Source: Daphnia carinata
Taxonomy: Eukaryota
Reading direction: 5' to 3'
Assembly: GCF_022539665.2 (NCBI RefSeq)
Contig: NC_081332.1
Coordinates: 3,286,001-3,350,000 of the forward strand
Length of the DNA: 64,000 nucleotides
Part shown: in pieces, positions 10,557 through 24,951 of the stretch
How the letters are laid out: every line of letters begins with the position of its first letter
Position numbering within the stretch: position 1 is the stretch's first letter
Notes under the pieces: generated by a model
What the model saw: only the letters and a program-made list of their open reading frames with translations
What the model was told of the DNA's origin: nothing
Databases searched by the model: none
Position numbers and translations under genes: made by a program

Positions 10557-13500
10557 CTGTTGAGATAAAAGAAATTGAAAAAAAAAAAAAAAAAATCCAT
10601 TAATTTTTTTTATTCCATTTATTTTTTTTTTTTTTTTAAAGAAGAATTTTGAACATAAAAATCATTTGAACTGTTAGCGAAGGATGAATGACGAATAGTA
10701 GAATTAAAATGTTTCTCAATCGGCAAAATAGGGGGGGGGGGGGATAAAAGCCACCTTGTGCATGTTATGCATATCAGTTGTTTAGGCAGGCTGCCTGCGG
10801 CTTTTTGCCGTCGTTCTGATCGACATTCAAAAACAGCCAGGCTTCAATAAAGACGAAAGAGGGAACGCTCAACAAGCCGACAAAAAAAAAAAAAAAAGAA
10901 AAAGAAAACAGGAAGCAGGAAACGGGATTATCGATCGGCACCAATTTTAATGGAATACAGTCGGAGAGCTGTGGTGTTTACAGAGTTTCGCTCACGTCTG
11001 TTCTTCGCTCAATTATAGATGGCTGACGTGCACGTGATATATCCCCCCCCCTCCTTACTAACATACCTCGTATCCACTCAACTGTTTAAACGCATTTTTT
11101 TTTTTTTTTTTTTTTTCACCTTGTACCAAACGAATATGTTAGTTGCTTTTCCCGCCGGAAGAGCGACGCTATCATAGATGAAGGCTAACACATTTTATAT
11201 AGCAAGTCTCGTAATAAAAACGCTAATCAATCGAGTTCGTTTTTTTTTTTTTTTTTTTTTTTCCTTTATCCTTCCCTTCGTCTTCGGAGGGGGGGGGGGG
11301 TGAGAGTTCCAGCGAAAAGCGAAGCCTATTCAATAGACAAATGGAAAGATTCCGGCTAGCTTCCGAGTGTTAGGGAAAAGAGATCGAATGACGGTGCGTA
11401 TTTGTCCCTTTCCCCATGGCTAAAAACGAAACGCCACATTTATATAGATCTTCTGTGCCACCCTTACTCGCACATACCCACTTATAATAAATGGGATGGA
11501 AATCCAATTACGTAAAGACATTGTGTGTGCGCATGTAGGAGTCAACCCCCGAGCTCCCTCCTCCTAGCGGCCAACTCCAATGTTACAGTCATATGTCATT
11601 TGAAGAGGTAAATGACATCCAAAAAAAAAAATTAATAAATAAATAATAAATAAGATCACTAAAGGAAAAAAAAGAAACAAAAGTGAAATTGGTACAGTTA
11701 TGCTAAGCTTTTCCGTACATCAGTTCAAAGCAAAAAAAGGTTTCATTTACACATTTTGTTTTCTTCGAAATGCGACTCTCATTTCCGCCCTCTCTAACCG
11801 ATTTCGTTTCACTGTTCTGCCTCTATTTTTACTTTACGTAGAAAAAGAAACCCCTGGGCAAGGGGTTCATCTGCATCGACTGCTTCACAACAAAAAATCA
11901 CGCACTTAATCGCATTGAGTAGACAAAGACAATCGCGTTCCCCCACTCCCGACTCAACTGAAATAGAGCAGAAAAGGGACTGCAAAGTTTGATAGAAGCG
12001 ATCGACCCCCCTCTTTTTTTTTTTTTTTTTTTCTTCTTCTTCTTCTTTGGCCCGATGGGTCTCGTGAAAAGGTCCCATTGTAGGCGTGGATGAACGAACT
12101 CTTTCAACTTATTGACCAACACGCAGAACCTGAAATGACTCTACGCTTCGAGTGGAATGGGTTATGTATTCTTCAGTTGGCGGCCATTCTCTCGTTGCGA
12201 CCGATGTTGCCAGTTGCAAGCGCAGATCATTTCATCACGGAACGTCGTCATCGAGACATCATCAAAGGCAACTTTGAATAGGCAAAAGCGATCGACGATA
12301 GAAGGACGACGCACTCACGCAGCTTTGCCTTGTCGACCGTGTTCAAATATACGTCTACTAATTAAACAGACCTCTATATCCTTCTTCACCCACCCCCACC
12401 CACCACCCTCCTCACGCTCTCAAACTCTTTTGTCTGTCGCCAAAAGTCGACAAAGTGCTGAGCCAGATTCAATGATTGAGCTCGCCAGCCGTTTGTTCTC
12501 ACTACAATTCGGGAAGGGAAAAAAAAAGAAAGAAAGAAAGAAGGGAACGCCACACAATCTTCAGCGTGAATGGGAAAATTCACCAGGCACATGATTGTGC
12601 TGCCACGGCTACATCAGGAATAAGTGTTTCGAGGCTTTACAATAAAGAGTTACAAGAGTCTCTCTTTTTTTTTTGTATGTAGTCTTAACAAAAACGAGGA
12701 TTGTGTGTACCTTTTTCAGCCAGTGCCAACAGCTGTCGCTAGGATCAAGAGAGAAGCAGACATAGAAAAAGGCTCAATTTGTCTCCGTGTGATTGTCGAA
12801 AACCCCCTCGTTCTTTGCTATTATGTCCTTTCTACCAATGCTTAACCTCTCGTCCCGTCATTCCCCCTATTTTTCCCTTGCCACCCACTTCACCCTTGCC
12901 CCCCCCCCCCCCCCCTCCACACAAATGTATAAGAGAGTTTGCAGTTGTTTGCGAGCAAAACACAGACGGGATCGACACACAAAAATAGGCACCAAGAGCA
13001 AAAAAAAAAAAGAAAGAACTTCCCCTCTATCACCCCATTTTCAAGTGTGATCTAACACGGCCTGCAAGAGGCAGGATAGCGGAAGAAGCGGGGAGGATGT
13101 TTGGGAAGAAAACAAAGAAGTAAAAAAAAAAAAAAAAATGAGAATGATCCAATGTGCTGTATGGGAACATCAGCAGATGGGAACCACATTCACAATAGAG
13201 CGTAATAGTCGAGAATATATATATACAGTTGGAATCGTCTGCGCTAAGATGGGGAGTGGTTGCGGTAGCAAGTAGCGTCCGCGTCATCCCACTTTGAATT
13301 TCAAATAGCCCACGGTCCGACCTCTGCGTCCCTCTTAAATTGAGCCTGCTCGTAGTTTCGCTTCCCCCCTTCTTTTTCTGCTTAGGCCGATGGAAAATGT
13401 TTTCCTTCTTCCGCAGTTTACGTATGTACAATTCAGAGCTACTCAACTGTAAATGGCCGTTCATAGTGAAATGGGGCAAAGGGACGCTCGCAAAGACGAC

Positions 13501-13916
13501 GGTAATATACATGTCCAAAAACTCTAAATCAGCCAGGTTTTTTTTTTTTTTTTTTCTTCTTCTTTTACGACGATCGTGTAACTCAAACGGCTGGCCTCAA
13601 ACTCTTTCACGTTGATTGTTGATCTTTCAAAAACGGAAAATCAACGAACCGTCTCACACAAAATGACATGTCGTCGGTGATTCTTCTTTACCGCGTTCAT
13701 GTAAACTTACAACAAACTAAAAAAAAAAAACTAAAAAAATAAAATAAAATCCCTCAGATCATTGATGGCTTCGATAGAGGCACAACTTTCGGTTCTCATC
13801 ATCTTTGAAAATATTCCTCAGTGGATTTATGTGTGTGTGTGTGTGTATCTACGCACAAAGATGAAGTTGCTAGGAAAAGTTCAAAGGATCATCTTCTCTC
13901 GCGCTCTTTCCTACAG

Positions 13917-13967
13917 TCTCTCTCTCTCTCTCACTCTCACCCCTCTCTCTCTCTCTCTCTCTCTCTC
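13917..13967. repeat. Imperfect (CT)n microsatellite
   Basis: TC-rich dinucleotide run with a few interruptions. Confidence 0.8.
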
Positions 13968-16900
13968 TTTGATGTATTGAAAGCAATCACCGAAAAGACT
14001 TGTACGCCGAAAATGTTTGGGACGGTCGGTCAGGGGGCGCAAGCGGCGGCAATCATCTCTTTCCGCACATGTGAACCTACTATGACGACAAACCAAGACT
14101 GAGGCTCTTGTACGGCCGTTAAGCGTGTGCGAAGATGTTGTCGTTTGCGCGTCAGTTGGTGCGGATAAATGGCCAGAATGGCGTACCGACTCTCTTCGCA
14201 CGAGCGACATATTCCGTTGACGATGGCTATTTGTCTTCTTTTCTCCCAATAGCTTTCCCTTAAAGTCACACGGCGGCCAAACATAAGCGACGACATCTTT
14301 CATTTTTTCTTTTTTCGCACTTCATCTATCGACACCGCGAAGGGGGCGAGCACAACACGTCGGGATGTTCCGCTACATGTTATTGCATATGCGCGATAGA
14401 AATTGCTGGCCATCCATCTTTCTTTTTTTTTTTTTTCTTTTTTTTCCCCCTTTCTCATATGTGGCAGTAGTAATAATCGCATGCCCCTTCCTCATTTTAT
14501 CATTGCAGTTGCCTCCGCGTGCCGTGAACAAAAAATTGCATTTTTTTTTTCTCTCTCACCAACAATCAGCTAAGGGGAGTGACGAATGTTTAACACGAAA
14601 AAAAAAAAAAGAGGAAGGAAAGCTTGCGGGGGTTTTTGCTGCTGATTTTGACTTTGATGGCCAGCAACAATGGAGAGTCGAAAAAAAAAAAAAAAAAGCC
14701 GAGAAAAGAATAAAGACGCTCCCGAGCTCGCAAAAGAGGCCCTTGTTGGAACGGGATCCTTCCTCTCCCCCCTCTCTCTTGGAAAAAGCCGCAATTCAGC
14801 ACAAGTCACGACAGTGTGCGTGTAGGAGAAAATAATAATAATAATAATTTCCAAAAAAAAAAAAAAAAAGAAAAAAAGTAAAGAATAGCTAACCAAATCG
14901 GTTGGGCATTCACAGGGTGTGCAATCCACTTTCAGTGTGTCAGCGACGATTGTTGTTGACGCGCGCCAAATTCAAAAAAAAAGGAGAATCCACCACAAAG
15001 AAGAAGGAAAAAAAAAAAGAATCGAGCCATTGCTTAAGAACACGCATACGCGCTTTAAAAAAAAAAAAAATTGAAGATGGTAAAGTTATAAGCCATCCCA
15101 AATTGCTGAGCTCGTCGGTGCACAATGGCACGTCGGCGCAAGGCGACGTACCAACTCCTCCGTGAATAGAATCTAGAATTTTTTTTTTTTTTTTTTTTTT
15201 TTTTGCCCATCACCCAATGCCTTTTCTTCGTCGTTGATGTACTCAAAAGGCATATTGGAATGTATGAACGAATGGGGATATAAAGAAGCACACACACACA
15301 CACACACAAAAAGAAGGGGCATTCAAAGAAGCGGCCGACCTTGTGGATGCTGTTCGGTTGATGAAAATGCGCGTCTATGTATAGTAGACGTAATATATAG
15401 TAGATATGGAAGAACTTGTCTCTTTTTTTTTTTTTTTTTTTTTAGGGGGGGGGGGGGGTGCTGCGTGCAGCGTCTGCGACTTTGAACGAGAACGAAGGGG
15501 CACAAGTCCCATTTCAGGAGGAGGGTATAAAATCTCCATCCATTTGGCAGACAGACGTTTCATATGCAGCTGCTACTTTTGCTTTCTTTTTTTTTTTTTA
15601 TATGTATACAGGCAGAATAAAAAAGGATTCCACCAAATGCTCGTATTGCTCTTTGCTGCTGGTGCCCGCGTGAAACTGGCAAGAATGAGAAGCAGAAGGA
15701 CAGAGCCGACTACAAATTCAATTCTAGTGTAGATAGCGAGAGAATGGTAGGGGGGGGGGGGGGGAGGAGAAAAGAAATATATAAACCAATAAAGGTGCAG
15801 GCACTTTCGATATTCCAGTCGTCGCACTGCGCACTTTTTTTGCTTCGTCTTTTTACTTATGCTTTCAAACAATATTTTTCAAAATCTCTTTTCAAAATCT
15901 AATTCGATACCTGCACTCTACGTTTCTTTTGTTAAGGAAAAAATAATATTAAAAATGAAACCTTTTGAAATGGAGAACATTTTCGGGGGTTAGCCAATAA
16001 GATACGAAATGATTCCGCCTAGTTCATTTCGGTCTGCCACGCCCCAAATTCAGATTGAAAAAAAAAAAAAAATGTCTTTCCGGAATCACTTCGATTGGCC
16101 TCGAGAATACATGAATAGCAAAAAACAAAATGCCTGAATATCGAATGTCGCTGAGTGTTCCGCCATTGCATTCCGCATACTCTATATTGCTGGCTGTCGT
16201 AAACAATGTTGAAATGGCAATGGGGAGAACACGGGAGCCAATCGCAGTGTTGATGGCGAGACAAATTCTCAATGGAAAAACACAAAATGTGAGGCAATTT
16301 TTTGTTTTGTTTTCGCTTTAAACAAAAAAAAAAAAAGAAAAAAGGAAAAGGTAAAATAAAAAGAATCTCTGACGATGGAGGACATTCTTGTCATCCATCC
16401 GACCGTGTTATAAAAGAAAAAAAATATATATATATATGAAAAGGAAGCCAAAATGGTGAAATGGATCTACTAGGGAGAGGCAACAGAGAGAGATTCCAAT
16501 AGACAAGTCAAGCGGATATGATCCAGTTGAGTAGACGGCCAAGAGCTGGACAAGTCAACCAAAGCCCCCCACCCCCATTTATTTTTTGTTTTGTTTTCTT
16601 CTCCACATTGAACAAAAACAAAAACAAAAACAAAAAAAAAAAAAAGAAGCCAAACAAAACAAACAAAAGAAAAAAAAAATGAATAGCTAGCGCATCTCAA
16701 ATGTCAGCCGGCCCGTAACGAGAGACAGTTATGCCGAAATCAAACGTTGGCCTCGTTGATTTGCGTCATCGAAACATGGCAATTTGATAAGGAAATCGAT
16801 GTGGCAACAATGCGAAGATTGCAAACCCAATGTGTACACATATAAGAAAACTTCGCAAGCAATCCCCCCTCCCCCCACTAGCACGACACTGTACGTCGGG

Positions 16901-19900
16901 ATGGAGAGCTTAAGAGTCGGCGTGATTCGACACGGTGTCTCCCCCCTTTCCACTCTCCACTCTCTTCTCTCTTCTCTCTTCTCTCTCTCTCTCTCCAAAG
17001 AGTCTTTTGAAAGCCTTGAGAATACGTGCGGAGTAAGTAGAGAACGGGAAAAAGGACGTTGGTTGAATCAAGAGGGGTTATACAGAGAAGCTTCGTCCAA
17101 TAGGACAGGCAAAAGAGGGGGGGGGGGGGATTTTATCGGGAAGACAAGGACTACTTCTGGCAACCGCAACGCGTTCCAATCTAGCGGCAGAATCGAGCGA
17201 CAGCCATTCGCCGTCGTAAATGAGAAAGTCCTCCTTTTTTTTTTTTTTTTCATCTTTCTTTTTTAAACAACAACTCGACGTACTTTTGGTGATACACCGA
17301 TTGGGGACCGTGACAGGCGGTTGATTCAACACAGAAAATCCGGAAAGGATCTTGACAGGCGGACGCACGTTCATAAAACTTCTCCATCCATCATCATCTC
17401 CCCCTCTTCTATTCGTATTACCCTCATTTTTTTTGTGTGTGTGTGTGCAAGCTATTGTGATCGACATCCCCCACCCCCATTACAATTCAACAGGAGGAGG
17501 TAAATGATAAGAAATTGAATATCCCAATTACTCATCACGAAAAAAAAAAAAAAATAAATAAAATTTTAATTTGCGTTTCGATCGGAATATTTTTTTTTTT
17601 TTTTTTTTACAATCAATTATGAAGGACATGAGAGAACGAGGGTAACGTGAACCCACTGGCACTTTCCCTACGTGTGTATAATACGATACGCAGTAGAGAT
17701 GCCCAGCGATCCACACATACTCTACATACAGACCTAGTGTATTAGCTATCGATAACAAAAGCCACCGTGATCGCCCCCCTGTCTGCTGTATAACGTTCAC
17801 CCTAGAAGCAGAAAAAAAAAAAAAAAACAGGGGAAAAAAGAAAAAAGAGATCGGCGGGACGATATTTATCTTAAAAAAAAAAAAAAAGATAGAGTCCCGG
17901 ATCGGATGCAGAATCTATTTGATAGGAGGATCAGTATCACGCACAACGTAGGCCCAAGAGGGGAAAGAACCAAAAAAAAAAACAGCACGGAGGAAAAAAA
18001 AAAAAAAAAAAAGGGGGGGGGGGGGGGGAGTTACAGTCTCTCTCTCTCTCTCTCTCTCTCTATTTATCTATCTATTTTTTGTATCAAGAGAGGGAGAGAG
18101 AAAAGAAAAAAAAAAAAAAGTATGCACGACACGAAGAGAATCGGAGAATCCCCCACAGACGTGAAGAGAATACATCGGGATATACAAGTACTGTATAAGG
18201 AGATCTCTTTGACGTTAGATGGTGGATGTCAAATGAGATTTCGCCTCCAGCTTTCCGTCTACGCCCCAGTGTCTCTTTTGTTTTGTTTGAAGGGACCCAG
18301 CCAGAAAGAGAAAAACGTCCTTCTTCTTCTTCTTTTCTAACGAATACGAGAAAAAAAACTTTGACTAATCTGGCCAACGGTGCTCTCTTGCTCCCCCCCG
18401 ACCATCTTAAACCCAATTTATAACATACGGTATATCGACCATGACGACGCGATGTTGTCAACCCGATTTTGGGCGTCTAACACCCTCATCTCGTTTCGTT
18501 TTTTGTTATTTACATCGCAAAAAACTTTGGAGCCGGTACTATTTTGGTTTTAGGTGTGTGCGGTGTTCCTCTTTGATGCAACTGAAATCTCCCGTCCTTC
18601 TTGATCTTTATAGAAATCAAACCGAAAAAAAAAAAAAAAAGAGAGAAGAACCCAAAGTTTGTGGGGCCTTGTTTAACAACTTTATGCCTTTGGGTGTGAA
18701 AAAGAAAAAGAAAAAAAAAAAAAAAAAAAAAAAAACTATTTACGATTGTACCGATGATGATTGCTGTATAGACAAGTCCTACTTTTCGGGGATTGTCGTC
18801 TTTTCCCTTACGTGTGCAAGCAAAACTTTGCATTGCTCTAGAACACTTTCGACGAACGTACGGCTGGGCTTTGTTATCGCTCATAGACGAGGGGCGGCGC
18901 GGCGTTTTACCGAGCAAAAAGATGGGGAACGCGTGAACGATGGCAGCATTTGATGGCAAATGAAACAAGAACAAAAGTAAAACAGGATTTTTGGCCAAGG
19001 AGGACGAAAGAGAGAGAGAGAGAGAGAACCAACTCATTACACAATAGGCGTCACGCTTGATTTCCGACTGGAATCCGCTTTGCTTCACGTTGTTGTTCAA
19101 AGAGGTAGGCGGCAAAGGGGTGGGGTAGGGGGGGGGGAAACCTTTTTTGAAATATGAATTTGACGAAATGAAAAGAAAGGGGAAAAACAAAACAAAAAAT
19201 GTTGTAGAAGCCAAGCGGAGCGAATCAAATGTAAACAATGAAAGCGAAACAACAAACGTAAAAATCAACAAAAACGAGTCGAGAAAACGAATCACTGGAA
19301 ATTCGTTTTGAAAATACGCAAAAAAAAAAAAAAAAAAAAAAAAAAAAGAAGAAAGAGATAATAAATTTGAAACAAAATAGAAGACCTACGCGCTGTTCCT
19401 TAATTGAAAGGAACAACAAAAAAAAAAAACGAGAACGAGAATTAAGGAGATCCGGTTTACATTATTCCTGAGCTATTAGACGCTCGTATGCGCTACAAAT
19501 GACTTTTCTTTTCGTACCATCCTGCCCTTTGTTTAGAGTCAAATTCGCTGATTGTCTACACCTCATCAAGATATTTTTTTTAGTTTGCACCTCGTGTGCG
19601 TCCTTGAAATAAAGCGCTACAGCCCTTATCGCTGTTATTCCTCTATCTTCATTAACGTGACGGGCAGCGCGACACAGCCCCCCCCCCCCCCCCCACGTCT
19701 CCTTGAAAGAACGACACTAACGTACTAAAAGGGTCAAAGAGATGGGAGGATCCCAAAAAAAATAAGAATCGGTAGAAAGTAATGTAAATACGAATAAAGA
19801 ATGACGTACAAAAAAAGAAACAATAAAACAAAAAAAAAACAAAAAAAAAAAAAAAAAAGAAAAAAAAGAAGAGGAGATGTGTAGTGATTGGACTAGATAC

Positions 19901-20388
19901 TTGGAATAGACCCTGAGATGGCAGACCGGACGGATTTCCGCGCAGGGTTAAAAGGGCCCACTATTTCTACGTTTTTTTTTTTTTTTTTCTTCTTCTTCTT
20001 CTTCTTGATCTCCCCACTCTCTATCCATCTCTTTTTGGAGCACATCAGGAAGGATGTGTCTGCCGGCAAAATGAGACGCAAAAATCCAATCGCTTTTCTT
20101 ATAAATATATATATATATATTTATTCCCGACTAAAGCGGCTACGAAAGTGGGTTTGGATGAAGAGGACCGGAGGATATAATTAACTTAGCAAATTGTACG
20201 TTGGTGGGTTAAGGTTACTCATAAGATTGAACAGATGGGGTTTCCCAAGTCTCTTGCAAGAACATCGTAGGCGAAGACGCGCACACTACCGGATGGAACT
20301 GACGGAGCGATGCCTTTCTTCTTTTTTTTTTTTTTTTTTATTCTTTTCGGGTCGTCGTTCATGTTTTCCTAATTTTCTCGGCTATTAC

Positions 20389-20569
20389 CTGACAAGACGC
20401 AATGAGATGATCTAGCCCTGACGAGGTTGTATGGATGAATGATCATCTCATCTCGCGGCTGCTGCTGTTGCTGATGCTCTTGAACGGGCTCCAGCTGATG
20501 TTGTTGATTCGGATGGTACTCCATCTCTCCACCGATATTAGCATAGATGCAAGAATCGTCGTCATCCAT
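20389..20569 (-). CDS. Ten-a: Candidate alternative first coding exon (MDDDDSCIYANIGGEMEYHPNQQHQ...HCVLS)
   Basis: AAAATGG start, protein-like Q/H-rich 60 codons, donor CAG|GTAATA in phase 1, compatible with the acceptor of the 10463-10556 exon. No good acceptor lies directly upstream. Confidence 0.55.
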
Positions 20570-22704
20570 TTTTTTTTTTTTTTTTTTTTTTTATTATCAA
20601 AAATGTTTTTCCAAAAAAATAATAAAAAAAAAAAAAAAAAACCCTGTCCCCTTTTTCACTGTCTATGACGATGACTCATTTCCCGTCAATGTTGTCCGTC
20701 ATAATGTCAAACAGCACACAATCAAAAAGAAGAAGACAAAAACTTGTTGATCAACTCACAACAGATGCCCCAGTCGGACGGGCATCCCTCCCTGATACAA
20801 GTAAGAGATTCAAAACTGCACAATTCAATTTTCACTGAAACAAAAACAACAAAAAAATGCAAACTGCTTGAAGCACGAGTCTCTACAATTCGATCTCTCA
20901 CTTCACTGTTCCAAAACAAAAACAAATAAATAAACCAAGGTGGTACATATATATATATATATATATATACGACACCCGTTCTCCACTTTGAAAGAATGAT
21001 CGTGTGACGACCGATCTCCTGGGCGGATGGATTCGTTATGGTCCCTTTGCTGGGGAGAACCGACCGGGTCTTTACACAGCTCGTAACTGGGCTAGGGGAC
21101 TAAGCGAGCCAAACGTTTTCTTTTTTTTTTTTTCTTTTTTTTTTTTTTTTTGCCAGCGGTACGAGGGAGGCACCGAAAAACATCATCCGAACCTACACTG
21201 ACATCTACTAGTGCGCATGAACCGATTCCCCCGTTTTCCCTAGGAAACTCTGGCCGATCAGCAAGCGCGTAGTGCCACAATAGCCGGGCCGCGTTCGAGA
21301 TGCGCGCGAACACGTCAGCCCAAACGGCAGCAACCTGTCTCCTTTCCGAATATTACGATTCTTTTGCTTTCCTTTTTTTTTTTCACGCTACTTTGCCCGT
21401 CTCCGAGCATTGTCTCCCATCCGTTCACGCTCCTCTATTCGTTTGAAAAATGGTCTAGAGAAAAATAAATTTCTTTTTTTTTTTTCCTCGTTTCCATTCC
21501 GTGTGTATATGCAACCCGTTCAAGTCCGCGCCCCTTTTCTTCGCCAACCTCTTGGCTGAATTGCTAGGCAACGTGTATCCGCAAAAAGAAATCTACACGA
21601 CAGCTTTATTAGCTAACATTTTCATCCATCAAGCGGGGACGGGGTTTTGCTTTGCCTCCTCCCCAAAAAAAACAAAAAAAAACAAGAAGAAAATAGGAAA
21701 TAAAAAAAGACTTTTTATATAAAACCCATTCGGTCGTGAATCATTCAAAATGAACATTGGCTTCTTTTTTTTTTTTTTTTTTGATCAAGAAAGATGATAT
21801 TCGCATCTGCCTACAAATTTCGGGATATCGCTGCAAAAACGACCTCCCTCCCTTTTTTTCTAGTTATATTTTATTTTATTATTTTTTTTTTTTCGCAGAT
21901 TGCTGTCGCAAGTCATGTAGTTTGTTGTACAACCGCACACGTACAGTCTATACAGATGGAATTGCTTGTCGGTGATTTATTGTTATAAAAAAAAAGGGGG
22001 ACCAAAAAAAGGAAAAAAAAAAGTCTTTGGCGTCGCCCCGAGGGGCCGATAAAGCATCAGTCGATTTTCTCTCTCTCTCTTACTGGCATCGAAGAAAAAC
22101 CATCGATCGAATCTGACAACGAAGCCAACAGCAGCAAACTTATATAGTCCAGCGCAAGTCCAAATACAACAAACCTCGCACGGGAAAAAAAAAACAAAAA
22201 AAAACGAACGGGTGGGAAGTAACAGGGAGGGGGGGGGGCGGGAGAGAGAAAATAGTAGGCAGCAAAGAAATGGTTGCTGGGCATTGTGAATCGAAGCCCA
22301 GCATTGAAGCGATATAAAAGACGGGGGCGCTTCCCCTCTCTCTGCGCAGCTTCAATATATTTTGAAAAAAAAAAAAAAAAGAGTAGATCTCTTCTACTAC
22401 TACAGAGATAAGTATCTCGACCCAAAACTAGTCTGCGGGGGTATCGCACAAAGCGAACAGACAACCCACCAATCCCCCCCCCCCCGCCAACCCGAACTGA
22501 AAGTAAAAACATAAATAAGAATGAATTGTAGCAAACGCAACTGGGATGAAACGAGTGAGGGGGAAAAAGCTTTTGTCATATTAAGCAGTGATAAGAAACG
22601 AAAAAAAAAAGAGGAGGGGGGTAGCGCTGTTTGAGATATATATATATATAAGAAAAAAAAAAAAAAAAAAAAAAGAGCGTGTGCTACGGGGTGTAGGGGT
22701 TTTG

Positions 22705-22739
<35 letters not shown>

Positions 22740-24906
22740 GGAGGTCGATCGTCCAATTTTCGATATCACCTGCTGGGTCGGCGTACGCCCTAATTAATTC
22801 GGTCACGCTGTCGTTGGTCCCACGCCCAATTCCTGCTCGTAAAATGTCCTGCATTGTTGTTCAAAGCTACTAGATGTACAATATTACTAAACAAACCCCA
22901 CCATTTTCTATTGTATACGTTCGAGGGAAATACGCAAATCTATCTAAACGCAATGAATGGTGATGACAAATGGATGCGAGCAAAATGCAGAGGGGAAAAC
23001 CCTACAGAAGAGCAGAGCCATACGATTGACTCCCGCTTCCCTTTTTCCACTCTCCCTAGTTGACTCCCGTTTTTATACGCACGCATAATAGACGAGTCCA
23101 TTATGCGTTCAATACCGGTTCCATGTACAGTGTATAAATATACCAAGAGCCTTTTCTTTTCTTTTCTTTTTTTTTTTTAACGATATAACACAATAAGCCT
23201 GCACACACAAAACAGTGTACGAAAAGAAGAGTTCAATACGATGATGAAGCATGTTCCTATTTCAATCTTTTTTTTTTTTTTTTTTTTTCGTAGATTTTTC
23301 ATACCGAGCTGTTGCTCAGCGCACCCCCCCCCCCCCCAGAATAGAAAGGTCCCATTCTCGTTTGTTGTTTATTGTTAGACAGCGTGTAGAGCTAATATAC
23401 TCGCACGTTGTGTGTGTGTGTGTGCTTAATATACCGTGTTTATTACGAAGCGCCAACGGCCGATTTTTGTTTTCTTCCTTTAAAAAATAAAACTGCAAAA
23501 TAGACTTTCGTTCTATTGTCGTTTCATAGTTGCGCATGTTTGCGTTGCTTCGTCAACTTGTCATAGACGAAACAAATTTTTTTATTTGTTTTTTTTTTGT
23601 TTTTTTTTTGGAAAAAGAAAGTTGAGCAAACAAACACAAAGCGGCGTATAATTTATAGGTCTACAAGGATTTGAAGAGACAAGAAAAAAGAAAACCCCTT
23701 TATTTCCTCCCGTTGCTGGTACTATTGATTGATCCGACGGTGGCTTGAAAATTGGGCAACCTATCCGAAGCAGAGTGTTTTAGAAAAGGGAAAGGGTTGT
23801 GCGGTACTTGTAAGGCCTGTACAATCAAAAAAAAAAAAGAATGAAACGGCGAGGGATGGCAAGCCTTTAATTTGATTGATAAGTTTGGAAAAGAATTCAA
23901 TCTACCGGCCCGGAGCTGTGGAGTATGTTGCCGTTTAACACAAAAGAGGATTAACGTCCAAAATCATAACAAAAGAGAGACTTTCCCGAGAGGAAGCTGA
24001 CAGCAAAAGGCTTGGAACAAAAAAAACAAAAAAAAAGGGACAAAATTTATTTATTTTCATTTTTGTTGTTTGTTTTTCTGAAAGCAGAAAAAAAAAAAAA
24101 CGACAATCTGTAATAAATAAAGAATCTACTGAATTTATGCTAACCTAAATAATCAAGAAAAAAAAAAAAAAAAAAAAAAAAAAGTAGGAAGCAGCAGCTG
24201 CTGCATTGATGATTGGTGCATTCGAGAATCAGGGAGATGGACTATTTTCTCTCTTTTTTTTTTTTTGTGGCTTTTGATCCCCGAGACTTTTAATAATACA
24301 TGAATAAATAACATAACTTATATATATATATATAGAGAGTAGTACTGGTCTGTCGAACTACCAGTGCGTAGACGTGAGTCGCCATGGCGAAAATAAAAAA
24401 GAAAAAGTGAAAAGACATTCGACAGTAATCCTGCGACGAAACTAACGACAACTTTTCCTTCTTTCCCCCCCCCCCTCTTTCTAGATGTACAACATTCAAC
24501 TTTGATTTTGCAGCTAATTTTTTTTTTTTTTTCCTTTCCCCTCTTCTCTTTCAAATTCAGTTCTGATCTTTTCTCAGTGCCCGTTTCATCTTCTTTTTTT
24601 TTCTTCTTTTATATCTCCAAAGTTTTCTAAAAGCAATATTGTACGACGGCTATACTCGCATATAACTGTAGTACATATATCACAAATATCATTTTCTTTT
24701 CTCTCTCACTGGGCAACTATGAATTGATAAGAAAAAAAGGGGAAAAAAAAAAAAATTAAATAAATAAAATAAAACTTTTGCTCGGCTCCGTCTGTCGACC
24801 CGGAATCAAAAACCGTCCTGCAGGCCCCCCCCACCCCCCTCCATTTTGTATCGTTGCCGGACTCGGCCCGTCGTCCATCGACATATGATCCACTTTGGTC
24901 CGAGAG

Positions 24907-24951
<45 letters not shown>

